Part shown: one piece after another, positions 26,349 to 35,106 of the stretch
Layout: every line of letters begins with the position of its first letter
How positions within the stretch are numbered: position 1 is the first letter of the stretch
Assembly (NCBI GenBank): GCA_963809535.1
Contig: CAWEJW010000003.1
Location: 116,031-180,030 of the forward strand
Length of the DNA stretch: 64,000 bases
Reading direction: 5' to 3'
Source: an uncultured Actinomycetes bacterium
Lineage (GTDB): Bacteria; Actinomycetota; Coriobacteriia; Anaerosomatales; CAVRZR01
Program-made: the position numbers and the translations under genes
The notes under the pieces: model-generated
Database searches by the model: none
Told to the model about the DNA's origin: nothing
Seen by the model: only the letters and a program-made list of their open reading frames with translations

Positions 26349-27059
26349 GTGACCGAGATCGTACGAGGCGATGTCTACACGGCGCTCCGCGCATGCAGGC
26401 TCTGGCGCGCCGCCCCCGACGATGCGGTCCGTGCGCTGGCGCGGCACGCCGCGGTGGCCGATGTCCGACGCGGCACGCAGCTTGCCGTGGAAGGCGACCC
26501 CGCCGAGCGGTTCGGCGTGGTGGTTGCAGGCAAAGCTCGCGTCTTCTCGCTTTCCCCCGAAGGACGGCGCGTGTCGCTCGAGACGATCGCGGTCGGCGAG
26601 CCGTTGGGCGTGCTCGCAGCGCTCTCAGGCGGGCGGTACCCGTACAACATCGATGCGGCGACCCCGACGACCGTGGCCTGGCTTCCGCGGCAGGTCCTGC
26701 TCGACCTTCTGGCCGACACGCCCGACGTCGCCCGCGACCTCATAACGGACCTGGCGGGCAGAGTCGTACACTTCACGAGCATGGTGCGGACGCTCACGCT
26801 CGACGTGCCGTCCCGACTCGCGCGCTACCTGTTCCAGCGCGCGCTGCAGACGGGGCAGACGACCCCTTCCGGCCTTCAAGTCGACCTGGGCATGCGCAAG
26901 AGCGAGCTCGCCGAAGCGCTCGGCACCGTCCCAGAGACGCTCTCGAGAGCCTTCGCGCGGCTCAGGGCCGACGGTATCCTCACACTCCGCGGCAACCAGG
27001 TCACGATCCTCGACATGCGCGGACTTGCCGCTCTTGGGAGCGGACTCGGCGGCGCCTAG
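26349..27059 (+). CDS. Crp/Fnr family transcriptional regulator
   Basis: cNMP-binding-like beta-roll followed by the C-terminal HTH MRKSELAEALGTVPETLSRAFARLRADGIL. No N-terminal Cys cluster. Confidence 0.88.
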   Translation: MTEIVRGDVYTALRACRLWRAAPDDAVRALARHAAVADVRRGTQLAVEGDPAERFGVVVAGKARVFSLSPEGRRVSLETIAVGEPLGVLAALSGGRYPYNIDAATPTTVAWLPRQVLLDLLADTPDVARDLITDLAGRVVHFTSMVRTLTLDVPSRLARYLFQRALQTGQTTPSGLQVDLGMRKSELAEALGTVPETLSRAFARLRADGILTLRGNQVTILDMRGLAALGSGLGGA

Positions 27060-27070
27060 CTCGAGCGCAC

Positions 27071-27835
27071 CTAGGTCGCGCCGCCCTCGCTCTCGCTCCC
27101 CGCGTCGGCACGCCTCTTCGCAACGGAGGCCTTCGCACCCTTCTCCAGCGTGCCCGCCATCAGGAAGCCGGCGAGCAGGATCGCCGAGGCCACCATCTCC
27201 GCCACGTACAATCCGGCCGTGCTTCCGGCCCGGGCCATGCTCCCCGCTCCAGCGATGATGAGCGTGCCGATGATGATGAGCACGTTGGCCCACACGCGGT
27301 AGCGGTACTCCTTCTTCGGCCAGAACTTAATGATCGACCACGCACTGCCGCCGAGCAGGAACAGTGAGCCGATGATGTTGAATGGCAGCGACATCACGCG
27401 CGGGAACGAACCACCCGCGCCGAGCGCCTGACCGCCGACCACGATGCCCGGCACCAGTTTGTCCATGACCAGCTCGACGTTGAAGGTGCCCCACAGAAAG
27501 ATGGTCAGGCCGATCACGTTGAATGCCAGGTAGATGTCACCCCAGATGCGCTTCTTGAAGATCAGGTAGCAGGTACCGTTTCCGAGGAAGCCAACGAGTG
27601 TAGCGGCCAGGACGATGTAGATGCGGTACACCGTCGGATCCCAGTGGCCGACGTACTCCGACCAAGCCTCCATCACCGCCGCCACCGCATAGAACAGGAA
27701 ACCGATCGTCCACATCAGTTGATGCATCTTGCGCCGCTGGAGCCACTGCCGGAAAAGGAGCGCCGTGTACACGAATCCCAACGCCGCCGTCAGAGCGGGC
27801 CACCACCATCCAGACCAGAACTCAGCGCTGCTCAT
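27071..27835 (-). CDS. Polytopic membrane protein, unknown function
   Basis: 254 aa, about 7-8 hydrophobic helices, Trp-rich N-terminus. No family recognised. Confidence 0.7.
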   Translation of the reverse strand: MSSAEFWSGWWWPALTAALGFVYTALLFRQWLQRRKMHQLMWTIGFLFYAVAAVMEAWSEYVGHWDPTVYRIYIVLAATLVGFLGNGTCYLIFKKRIWGDIYLAFNVIGLTIFLWGTFNVELVMDKLVPGIVVGGQALGAGGSFPRVMSLPFNIIGSLFLLGGSAWSIIKFWPKKEYRYRVWANVLIIIGTLIIAGAGSMARAGSTAGLYVAEMVASAILLAGFLMAGTLEKGAKASVAKRRADAGSESEGGAT

Positions 27836-27901
27836 GCCGCCTCCCCTAGCTCGGTGACCGTCGCGTGCACGCTTCGCGACGGCTGTTCGGTCGTGCTGGG
27901 C

Positions 27902-28870
27902 TCAGAACGTGTTCAGCCGTGCGTCGGCCTCGGTCGCTTCCTTCCGCGCGGCGTCGTAGAGCTTTGTGGCAGAGCCTGCGAGGATCTCGTAGGCGTCGGC
28001 CACGGCCGTGCCCGGTGTGGCGGGAAGTGCCCCCGCCAGCTTCAGCACCTGCTTCTCCTGCGCGTTGTACCGGCGTATGACCGTGTTCGCTGCGGGGATC
28101 TTCCCTGCGAGCCACGCGCTGTTGGACTGCCGTGAGATAGCGAGCAGGGCGACCTTCGCGTCGATGAGCTTCACGTAGCGCTCGAACCCGGCCTCCGGAA
28201 AGGCGGTCGCTGCTTGGCTGAAGTACGGTCGGGCTGCCCCGAATCGCCGCGCCGCCTGGAGCGCCAGCTGGGTCGAGCGCGTGACGCCTGGGCGCGTGAG
28301 CCTGTTGTACTCGACGACCGACTGGTCGGCGAGTTTCTCCGCAGCGAGTAGGATGGCCCATCCGTCCTGGCTCGGCTGAAGTGCCTGCCCCGCCTTGACG
28401 TTCGCTTCCAGGATCACGCTTGCGGGATCGAGCATTTTGAGGCGCGCTGCCACCGATGCCTGCAGGAAGCGGGCGTGTCGCTGCTCGTCTTCCGTCACCT
28501 TGTCCATCGCGTCGGCGATGAGCCTCTGGCACTCCTCCAGATCGCGGCGTGCCGATGGCAGCTTCGCCTGGAGAGCTGTCGCCTGCGTCGCTAGTTCAGA
28601 GGTCGCCTCGGACCTCACGACTTCGTCGACGTCCAACACGACGGCGTCGGCGCGCTCAAGAAGGCTCGCCGCCTTGTCGAGATCGCGGGCGCCCTCGAAG
28701 CGCCTGGAGATCGCCCCCGAACCGATGACGGCGGCTACGCCGAGTACGACGAGAACGACGAGGCTCGTGAGGATGATGGCTCGGCGACTCAAGCGCCGGT
28801 ACGCCTGCTCCATGTGCGAGGAGGCCTCTTGTTCGGTCGCGCCGGTGGTGGCCTGAGGCTCGTCCGTCAC
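27902..28870 (-). CDS. N-terminally membrane-anchored all-helical hypothetical protein
   Basis: TM helix AIILTSLVVLVVLGVAAVIG followed by a long helical ectodomain. I prefer GTG 28870 (GGAGA 4 nt upstream); alternative ATG 28813. Confidence 0.6.
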   Translation of the reverse strand: MTDEPQATTGATEQEASSHMEQAYRRLSRRAIILTSLVVLVVLGVAAVIGSGAISRRFEGARDLDKAASLLERADAVVLDVDEVVRSEATSELATQATALQAKLPSARRDLEECQRLIADAMDKVTEDEQRHARFLQASVAARLKMLDPASVILEANVKAGQALQPSQDGWAILLAAEKLADQSVVEYNRLTRPGVTRSTQLALQAARRFGAARPYFSQAATAFPEAGFERYVKLIDAKVALLAISRQSNSAWLAGKIPAANTVIRRYNAQEKQVLKLAGALPATPGTAVADAYEILAGSATKLYDAARKEATEADARLNTF

Positions 28871-29116
28871 GCAGTCTCCATGTCGTTGGGCATGGCAATC
28901 TGTGAAAGCATAGCCGAGCGGGCGCCGAGCGTCAGTCGAGTCAAGCCCGACACCGCCCGCGCCGTTGATCCGGCGCTCTGACCTGTCCGAGAAGGCCTGC
29001 GTGACGTGACGGTAACAGGCGGTCCGCTGGCACATCGGTTGCTTGCCAAATCTGCGAGCTGGGCGACCCGCCTTCTCCTCCCCCCCTCAGGGGCGGAATC
29101 CGCCCGCTCGACGCAA

Positions 29117-29150
29117 AACGAGGCGCGCCCCCCACGCGCCTCGTTTCATT
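29117..29150 (+). terminator. Orphan intrinsic-terminator-like hairpin with a C6 loop
   Basis: Perfect 11-bp stem AACGAGGCGCG/CGCGCCTCGTT, loop CCCCCCA, then TCATT. Preceded by hairpin GGGCGG-AAT-CCGCCC (29091-29105) and a C7 run (29080-29086). Confidence 0.4.
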
Positions 29151-29204
29151 CCCGGACTTCTCGCTCGGGTACACTGGCGTCGTTTCCACTCGGGAAGGAC
29201 GTGT

Positions 29205-30173
29205 GTGAGCAGGGCGCTCGAGCGACTCGTCAATCTCGCGATGTACCTCGCATCCGCGCGGGTCCCGGTCACTGCCGAAGACGTGCGCGCGAACGTGGAC
29301 GGGTATGGCAAGCACCAGGACCAGTCGGCATTCCTCCGCATGTTCGAGCGTGACAAGGAAGATCTGCGTGTGGCCGGTTTCGTCATCGAATCGGACTCCG
29401 AGGGCTCCTACCGTCTCGATACCTCGGCGACGTTCGCGCGCGAGGTATCCCTCACTCCCGACGAAGCCGCCACGGTCCGAGTGGTCGCCTCGGCGTTCCT
29501 CGACGATAAGTCCTTCCCCTTCGCCGACGATCTGCGCCTGGCGCTGGCCAAGGTCGCGTCCGACGTGGTCGACGAACAGACCCCGGTCTTCGCCCGCCTG
29601 GCCGAGGAACAACCCGAGCAACAGGGCGCATCGGTGGCGCTGCTCGACCGGGCCATGTCCGCGCGCAAGCGCGTGGAGCTCGACTACGTCAACATGGCGG
29701 GTGAGCGCAAGCACCACCGGCTCGAGCCCTGCGGGCTATTCATACGCGACGGCAGATGGTACGCGGTGGGCAGGGACGTCGATCTCGACGAGGTGCGCAT
29801 CTACACCGTCTCCCGCATGAGTTCTCTGCGAATGAACCCGGCTCGACCGAAGACGGCGGATTTCGACCGACCGACCGACTTTGACGTCCAATCCTTCATC
29901 GCGCTGCCGTTCCAGTACGGTCCCGAGACCTTCGAGGCGCGCATCGAGTTCGCCCCCTCACAGACCTGGCGGACTCCGGGCCTCACGGCGGGCGTCGGCA
30001 ACATCGCGATAGAGGGCGACGGATCGGCTACGTGGACCGTCTCCGCTCGGGACCCGGAAAGGCTCATGCGCTGGGTCGTGGAGAACGGTCCCGGTATCAA
30101 CTTGAGGGAGCCTCGCGCGTTGGCCGATGATCTGCGCGAGCGCCTGACCAGGGTGGCAGCGATCCATGGGTAG
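29205..30173 (+). CDS. pafB: PafB-like WYL-domain transcriptional regulator
   Basis: wHTH N-terminus; central WYL region RLEPCGLFIRDGRWYAVGRD; C-terminal extension. GTG 29205 follows GAAGGA. Paired with a paralogue. Confidence 0.75.
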   Translation: MSRALERLVNLAMYLASARVPVTAEDVRANVDGYGKHQDQSAFLRMFERDKEDLRVAGFVIESDSEGSYRLDTSATFAREVSLTPDEAATVRVVASAFLDDKSFPFADDLRLALAKVASDVVDEQTPVFARLAEEQPEQQGASVALLDRAMSARKRVELDYVNMAGERKHHRLEPCGLFIRDGRWYAVGRDVDLDEVRIYTVSRMSSLRMNPARPKTADFDRPTDFDVQSFIALPFQYGPETFEARIEFAPSQTWRTPGLTAGVGNIAIEGDGSATWTVSARDPERLMRWVVENGPGINLREPRALADDLRERLTRVAAIHG

Positions 30174-31101
30174 GGACACGGCTGCCGACCGCGCGACGCG
30201 CTTGCTGGCGATCCTGCATCTGCTTCGGCCGGGAAGCCGCCTGTCTCTGGACGCGATCGCCGACCAGCTCGGCATCACCCGAGCAGAAGCAGCCGAAGAT
30301 CTCGAGGCCCTGTCGTGTTGCGGACTCGCACCGTACAGCCCCGATGCGCTCGTGCCTGTGCTCATCGATGGCGAGGTCGCGTACGTGTGGGGCGACCTGC
30401 CGGCCCTCGACAAGGCGATCCGCCTTTCCGAGGGTCAGGTACGAGCGGTCCTTGCCGCCCTGCAGGCGGCCGGACTGCCTGCCGAGGACCCGCTGTGCGC
30501 GAAGCTCGTCGCCGCGTCCGGCGACGCGGACGCAGCGGGGCGCATAAGACGCGTGCTCACCAGCGCCAGAGACGACGCGTCCGGAGAGGCGCTGAAAGCA
30601 GCGGCGCTCGCGACCGAGCAGGGGTTCGCAATGCGCCTGATCTACCAGGGCATCGCCGAGCAGCAGTCGCGCGAGCGCATCGTGGAGCCGGTCTCACTCG
30701 TGAACGAACGCGGGCACTGGTACCTGGAAGCGTACGCGCGCGACTCGGGAGCGCTCAGGACGTTCCGCCTCGATCGCGTCCGCGCTGCCGAAGTACTCGG
30801 CGAGCGGACTCCGCATCGAGCACTCTCTCCGTCGGGAACCGCGCTCCTCACCGAGGGGCTTCCGCTCGCCCTGGTGCGGCTCGCCCCGGGCGAGGAAATG
30901 AACTCACGCGATTGGCCGGGGGCGGAGGTTGTTTCTGTCGACGACACCGGGACCGTTTTCACCATTCCTTACGCCGGAACGGCCTGGATCGCCAGGCAGA
31001 TCGTCGCGAGACTCGGGGCCGCCGAGATGCTCGAGCCAGCAGAAGTGGCCGACGCGGTGCGGGTTCTCGCCTTGGCTGCCGCCGAGGATTCGGCGCTCTA
31101 G
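30166..31101 (+). CDS. pafC: PafC-like WYL-domain transcriptional regulator
   Basis: ATRLLAILHLLRPGSRLSLDAIADQLGIT HTH; WYL region VEPVSLVNERGHWYLEAYARD. Overlaps the upstream gene by 8 nt. Confidence 0.75.
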   Translation: MGRDTAADRATRLLAILHLLRPGSRLSLDAIADQLGITRAEAAEDLEALSCCGLAPYSPDALVPVLIDGEVAYVWGDLPALDKAIRLSEGQVRAVLAALQAAGLPAEDPLCAKLVAASGDADAAGRIRRVLTSARDDASGEALKAAALATEQGFAMRLIYQGIAEQQSRERIVEPVSLVNERGHWYLEAYARDSGALRTFRLDRVRAAEVLGERTPHRALSPSGTALLTEGLPLALVRLAPGEEMNSRDWPGAEVVSVDDTGTVFTIPYAGTAWIARQIVARLGAAEMLEPAEVADAVRVLALAAAEDSAL

Positions 31102-31125
31102 CCCGCGGAGCGAACGGCCCTACCC

Positions 31126-34014
31126 CTAGCCGCAGAAGCGGCGCCCGACGGTCGCAGCCATGTCCTCTGTCGTCAGGACCTCGATGTCGTTCACCGGAAG
31201 CGCCGAGAGGAACTCGCGGCCGTAGCGCTTAGGACCGAGCACTCGCGTGTCGGCGATGACGAGTCCGCCGGTGTCGGTACTGCTCCGGATGAGCCGGCCC
31301 GCTGCCTGTTTGAGCTCGAGGATGGCCTCCGGGAGGTAGTAGTGCTCCCACGCGCGCGGGTCGCGCTCGCGGCGTTCCTCGTAGAGAGGGTCTTTCACCT
31401 GACCGAACGGGAGTCGGGGCACGACTACACACCTCAGCGTGTCTCCCTTGGCGTCGAAGCCCTCCCAGAACGACTTGGTCGCGAACAGCGAGAGCTTCTC
31501 GTCGGCGATGAACTCGTCGCGGAGACGTTTCGCCGAGGTGCCCCGGCTCTGCATGAGCAGGTTGATCCCCTGCGCCTCGAGTCGCGGTGCGAGCACGTCG
31601 AAAAGCGTTTCCATGTCGCGCCGGTTGGTGAAGAGCGTGAGAACCGAGCCGCCCATGGCGAGGTGAAGGCTCTCGAGGAGTGCCTCGAGGTTGCCCAAGT
31701 ACTCCCTGGTCCCAGGCGGTGACACGTCACTCGGCACGAACACCGACATCTGTGTATCGAAGTCGTAGGACGAAGCGAGTCTCAAGCTGCGCCAGGAGTC
31801 TTCGGGCAGGCGGTCGAGACCGACTCCGTGGGCGAAGAAGCCGAAGTCCTCTCCGGCGGCCAGGGTCGCCGACGTGAAGATCGCCGAGTGAGTGCGGCCG
31901 TAGAACTCCTCCGCGAGGAGCTCTCCAACGTCGAGTCTCGCGGCCTTCAACTGCTCGGCATCGACCGTCCTTCGGCGGTCGAGCCTCACGGAGTAGACGA
32001 ATTCGTCGGCCTCGCCGTCCAAGACCATGACCAGCCCTTCATACTGCTCGGCGAGGCGCGAGAGGACTCCGACAAGGTCGGCGCGCACTTCGAGCAGCGG
32101 TTCGTCATCGGCTTCGATCGCTGTCACGAGCTCGCGGCCGTCGGCGAGCAGCTCCTCGAGACGCTTGGCTAAGCTCTTGCCCACGCCGGCGGCGATACTC
32201 CAGGGGCCGCTGTCCCGCACGGGAGGCGTTAACCTCAGGTCGCACGCGTCGTACTCGGTGGCGGGCACGAGTGCGCCGAGGTCCTTGACGAAATCGAAGA
32301 ACGAGTCGGCGAGTGTGGCAGCTCGGGTAGCCACCTCCTCGATGCGGGAAATGAGCGCGAGCGCCGGGGTGGCGTCAGGCCTCGCCGCAACGTGGCGACG
32401 CAGGACCTCGAGAACGCCGCCGCGCATGCCGCTCAGCGCGGCAAGCACGGAGGTGAGCTCTGCGTGGCTGGTTCCGAGCGTGAGCTGCTTGCGTGCCTCG
32501 GCTTCCGCGGCGTGTGCCTCGTCGAGCACCCAGTGGCGGATCGGTGGAAGGATGCCACCGGCCGCCACGACGTCACGGAAGAGCAGCGCGTGGTTGGTGA
32601 CGATGACGTGCGCGCTCGCAGCCCTGCGCCTGACTCCGTGCAGGTAGCACAGGTACGGGTAGTAGCGGCATCGCTTCCTCGTACAGTCGGCCTGCGTCGC
32701 CTGCACAGAGGAGCGGAGCTCGCGCCGCCAGTGCACGTTGATCGCGTCCAGATCCCCCCACGATGACTGCGCGACCCACGAGTGGAGCGCCGCAACAGTC
32801 GCAAGAGTATCCCCGTCCGCCCCCTCGAGCTCGCCCGCCAGCCGGTCGAGCTTCCGCAGGCAAACGTAGTGTTCGTAGCCCTTGAGCGAGACATACTCGA
32901 GCTCGCCCAAGTCGGCCTCGGCCAGTGCGGCCGCGAGCTTCGGGAGCTCGTGATACACGAGTTGGTCCGTAAGGGAGTTGGTCTTTGTCGCAACGCCGAC
33001 CGGCACCCGGTTCGAGAGTGCAAAGAGCGCTGCCGGAACGAGATAGGCGATCGACTTGCCGACGCCCGTCCCGGCTTCGACCGCCAGGTGCGTCCTGGTC
33101 GAGAAGGCTTCGAGCACGGCTTCGGCCATCCGGGTCTGCTCGTCGCGGCTCTCGAAGCCCTCGTACATGCGGCCGACTAGACCATCCGAGCCGAAATGGG
33201 AGCACACCTCTTCGGCGGCGGGGCAGACACACGCCACGTCGTCAGCGTCGTCGAAGGCCTCGCCGCGCTGCGCTCGTACGTGGTGGCGGAGGTCTTTCAG
33301 ATCGAACGGGCGTGCCGACTTGCCCGCCGCGTGGTGAGCGATGATGCGTCGCAGCGGCCATGCGGTATCCGAGCCCAGTGATGCCAGGCGCGTCACGAGG
33401 GCAGGTGGAAGTGCGTCGAGCGCGCACAGCAGCACTCTCCACACGAAGGCGAGTGCCTCAACGTCGTCGGCGGCGCGATGCGTTGGCGACGACGTGCCGA
33501 ATGCCTCCGCAAGGTCGCGGAGCCGGTGAGTTCGAAGCCGGGGCAGACCGATCCTGGCGAGCTGAAGGCTGTCGATCCACGCGCCGGGGAACGCGGTCGT
33601 TCCCGCAACTCGGGTGATGAACGCGCGGTCAAAGGCGACATGGTGTGCGACGACGTCGCGTCCTGCGACGAACTCAGCCAGCTGACCGACGGCGGCTTCC
33701 ACACTCGGCGCACCTTTAAGATCGACGTCGGCGATGCCGGTGAGCCGCGTCGTCTCGAGCGGCACCGCTCGCTGAGACGCGACCATGGTGTGGAAGCGCG
33801 CGAGGATGTCGGGCCCGTGCATGAGGGCCGCGGCGATCTCTATTATCTCGTCGCGGTCGGGGTCGAAGCCTGTCGTTTCGATGTCGACGATGACGATCTC
33901 GTCTTCGAATCCGAAGACTGCGTCATGCGCCTGTCCGGCCAGAGAAGCGTAGGATTCGGCGACCGCGGGGTCCGTGCCCGGAACTATGAATCGATTCAGC
34001 GCGTCCTCAGTCAT
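31126..34014 (-). CDS. dinG: DinG-family helicase with an N-terminal DEDD 3'-5' exonuclease domain
   Basis: IVIVDIETTGFDPDRDEIIEIAA (Exo I); Walker A EAGTGVGKS; DEAH box VLDEAHAAE; Fe-S Cys set YVCLRK...DCTRKRCRYYPYLCY; C-terminal helicase motifs. Confidence 0.88.
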   Translation of the reverse strand: MTEDALNRFIVPGTDPAVAESYASLAGQAHDAVFGFEDEIVIVDIETTGFDPDRDEIIEIAAALMHGPDILARFHTMVASQRAVPLETTRLTGIADVDLKGAPSVEAAVGQLAEFVAGRDVVAHHVAFDRAFITRVAGTTAFPGAWIDSLQLARIGLPRLRTHRLRDLAEAFGTSSPTHRAADDVEALAFVWRVLLCALDALPPALVTRLASLGSDTAWPLRRIIAHHAAGKSARPFDLKDLRHHVRAQRGEAFDDADDVACVCPAAEEVCSHFGSDGLVGRMYEGFESRDEQTRMAEAVLEAFSTRTHLAVEAGTGVGKSIAYLVPAALFALSNRVPVGVATKTNSLTDQLVYHELPKLAAALAEADLGELEYVSLKGYEHYVCLRKLDRLAGELEGADGDTLATVAALHSWVAQSSWGDLDAINVHWRRELRSSVQATQADCTRKRCRYYPYLCYLHGVRRRAASAHVIVTNHALLFRDVVAAGGILPPIRHWVLDEAHAAEAEARKQLTLGTSHAELTSVLAALSGMRGGVLEVLRRHVAARPDATPALALISRIEEVATRAATLADSFFDFVKDLGALVPATEYDACDLRLTPPVRDSGPWSIAAGVGKSLAKRLEELLADGRELVTAIEADDEPLLEVRADLVGVLSRLAEQYEGLVMVLDGEADEFVYSVRLDRRRTVDAEQLKAARLDVGELLAEEFYGRTHSAIFTSATLAAGEDFGFFAHGVGLDRLPEDSWRSLRLASSYDFDTQMSVFVPSDVSPPGTREYLGNLEALLESLHLAMGGSVLTLFTNRRDMETLFDVLAPRLEAQGINLLMQSRGTSAKRLRDEFIADEKLSLFATKSFWEGFDAKGDTLRCVVVPRLPFGQVKDPLYEERRERDPRAWEHYYLPEAILELKQAAGRLIRSSTDTGGLVIADTRVLGPKRYGREFLSALPVNDIEVLTTEDMAATVGRRFCG

Positions 34015-34020
34015 CGGCCA

Positions 34021-34042
34021 AGCCTAGCACGCGGCACTGACC
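34021..34042 (-). promoter_or_regulatory. PafBC/RecA-NDp-type promoter motif GGTCAGTG-N8-TAGGCT, probably leaderless dinG
   Basis: Minus-strand reading GGTCAGTG CCGCGTGC TAGGCT TGGCCG ATG. The -10 element ends 6 nt before the start codon and no SD is present. Confidence 0.55.
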
Positions 34043-34115
34043 AGCCGAGGCGACGCTGGTGCGGGGAGAGATGGGACTCCGGCGCACTCCTCGGCGGGAG
34101 AACACACACAAGGAA

Positions 34116-34139
34116 GCGACGCCCTCGAAGGGGCGTCGC
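34116..34139 (-). terminator. Rho-independent terminator after the 34170 gene
   Basis: 9-bp stem GCGACGCCC/GGGCGTCGC, 6-nt loop, followed on the minus strand by TTCCTTGTGTGTGTT. Confidence 0.55.
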
Positions 34140-34169
34140 GAGAAGGTCGAATGCTCGTAATACAGGCCG

Positions 34170-34736
34170 CTACTTCATGCCTGTGACTTTCTTCCCAGCC
34201 ACGAGCCAGGTGTCGCCCTGCTTCTTGAACACCCACGTGTTCTCGAAGGTGCCGTACTGGGTAGTCTGCTGGTCCACGATGACCGTCGCCTCGTCCCCCT
34301 GCGCCGTGGACGAAGTGATCTTGTATCCGGTGATGCCGTAGCTCGCGACCTGTTGCTTCAGCGCATCGGGAGACGACCCCGTCTGCTTGGCGGCGGGCAA
34401 GTGATTGAATGCCGTCGTCCAGTCGCCCTTGTCCGCAGCCGCGTAGTACTCGTCGACCCACTTCTCGGGCGTCGTGCCAGAGGAGACCTTCGTCGCTGCT
34501 TTTGCATCGAAGTCGGCAGGAACGATCGCTGTGGCGGCGCCGGGCGCGGCGGGAGTGCTCGTGGCGGTGGCGCCTGCATTGGCCCCTGTGTTCGAGCCGA
34601 CGGAGACATCGCTCACTTGCGGAACAGTGTTGTTGTTCTTCCAGATCATGTAGCCGAGTCCGACTCCGAGCACCAAGACCACAGCGATGAGCGCGATGAC
34701 GACGTTGTTCATCGCAGGGCGAGCGTCTTCTGACAT
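34170..34736 (-). CDS. Membrane-anchored hypothetical protein
   Basis: MSEDARPAMNNVVIALIAVVLVLGVGLGYMIW TM, Ala/Thr-rich linker, small beta-rich domain. ATG 34736 follows GAAAGGA. Confidence 0.6.
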   Translation of the reverse strand: MSEDARPAMNNVVIALIAVVLVLGVGLGYMIWKNNNTVPQVSDVSVGSNTGANAGATATSTPAAPGAATAIVPADFDAKAATKVSSGTTPEKWVDEYYAAADKGDWTTAFNHLPAAKQTGSSPDALKQQVASYGITGYKITSSTAQGDEATVIVDQQTTQYGTFENTWVFKKQGDTWLVAGKKVTGMK

Positions 34737-34944
34737 CAGATCGATCCTTTCGGGGCCCAGTATTGTCGGACGCCCGCACCGAGCGCGGGCAACGGTCACC
34801 TTCGTGCGCTGGAAGATGACGCGCTCAAAGAGGGAGCGAAAGGTACGCCAATCCCGCTGCGTTCACAGGAAAGGCACGCTCGTCATCGCAGCCGAGCAGA
34901 CGTGACCTGTCCGGCTGCCGCGGCGGTCGTCGCACCTCGGCGAG

Positions 34945-35106
34945 CTAGTGCGTCGGCTCCAGTTTCGGGCGCTTGCATGCCAGGCGGCACGTCGAGCACG
35001 AGCCGCTGCACCCGCTCGTGATCTTGAGCGCGTTGCAGCGCGGACACCGGATCTCCGACGCAGGCGACGGCAGAGCGCACGCGGGACAGGGCGTCGTCGA
35101 GGGCAT
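34945..35106 (-). CDS. Cys-rich small protein (53 aa, 10 Cys) coupled to feoB
   Basis: Own translation: MPSTTPCPACALPSPASEIRCPRCNALKITSGCSGSCSTCRLACKRPKLEPTH. Its ATG abuts the feoB TAA (TAAATG). Below the ORF-track cutoff. Confidence 0.5.
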   Translation of the reverse strand: MPSTTPCPACALPSPASEIRCPRCNALKITSGCSGSCSTCRLACKRPKLEPTH

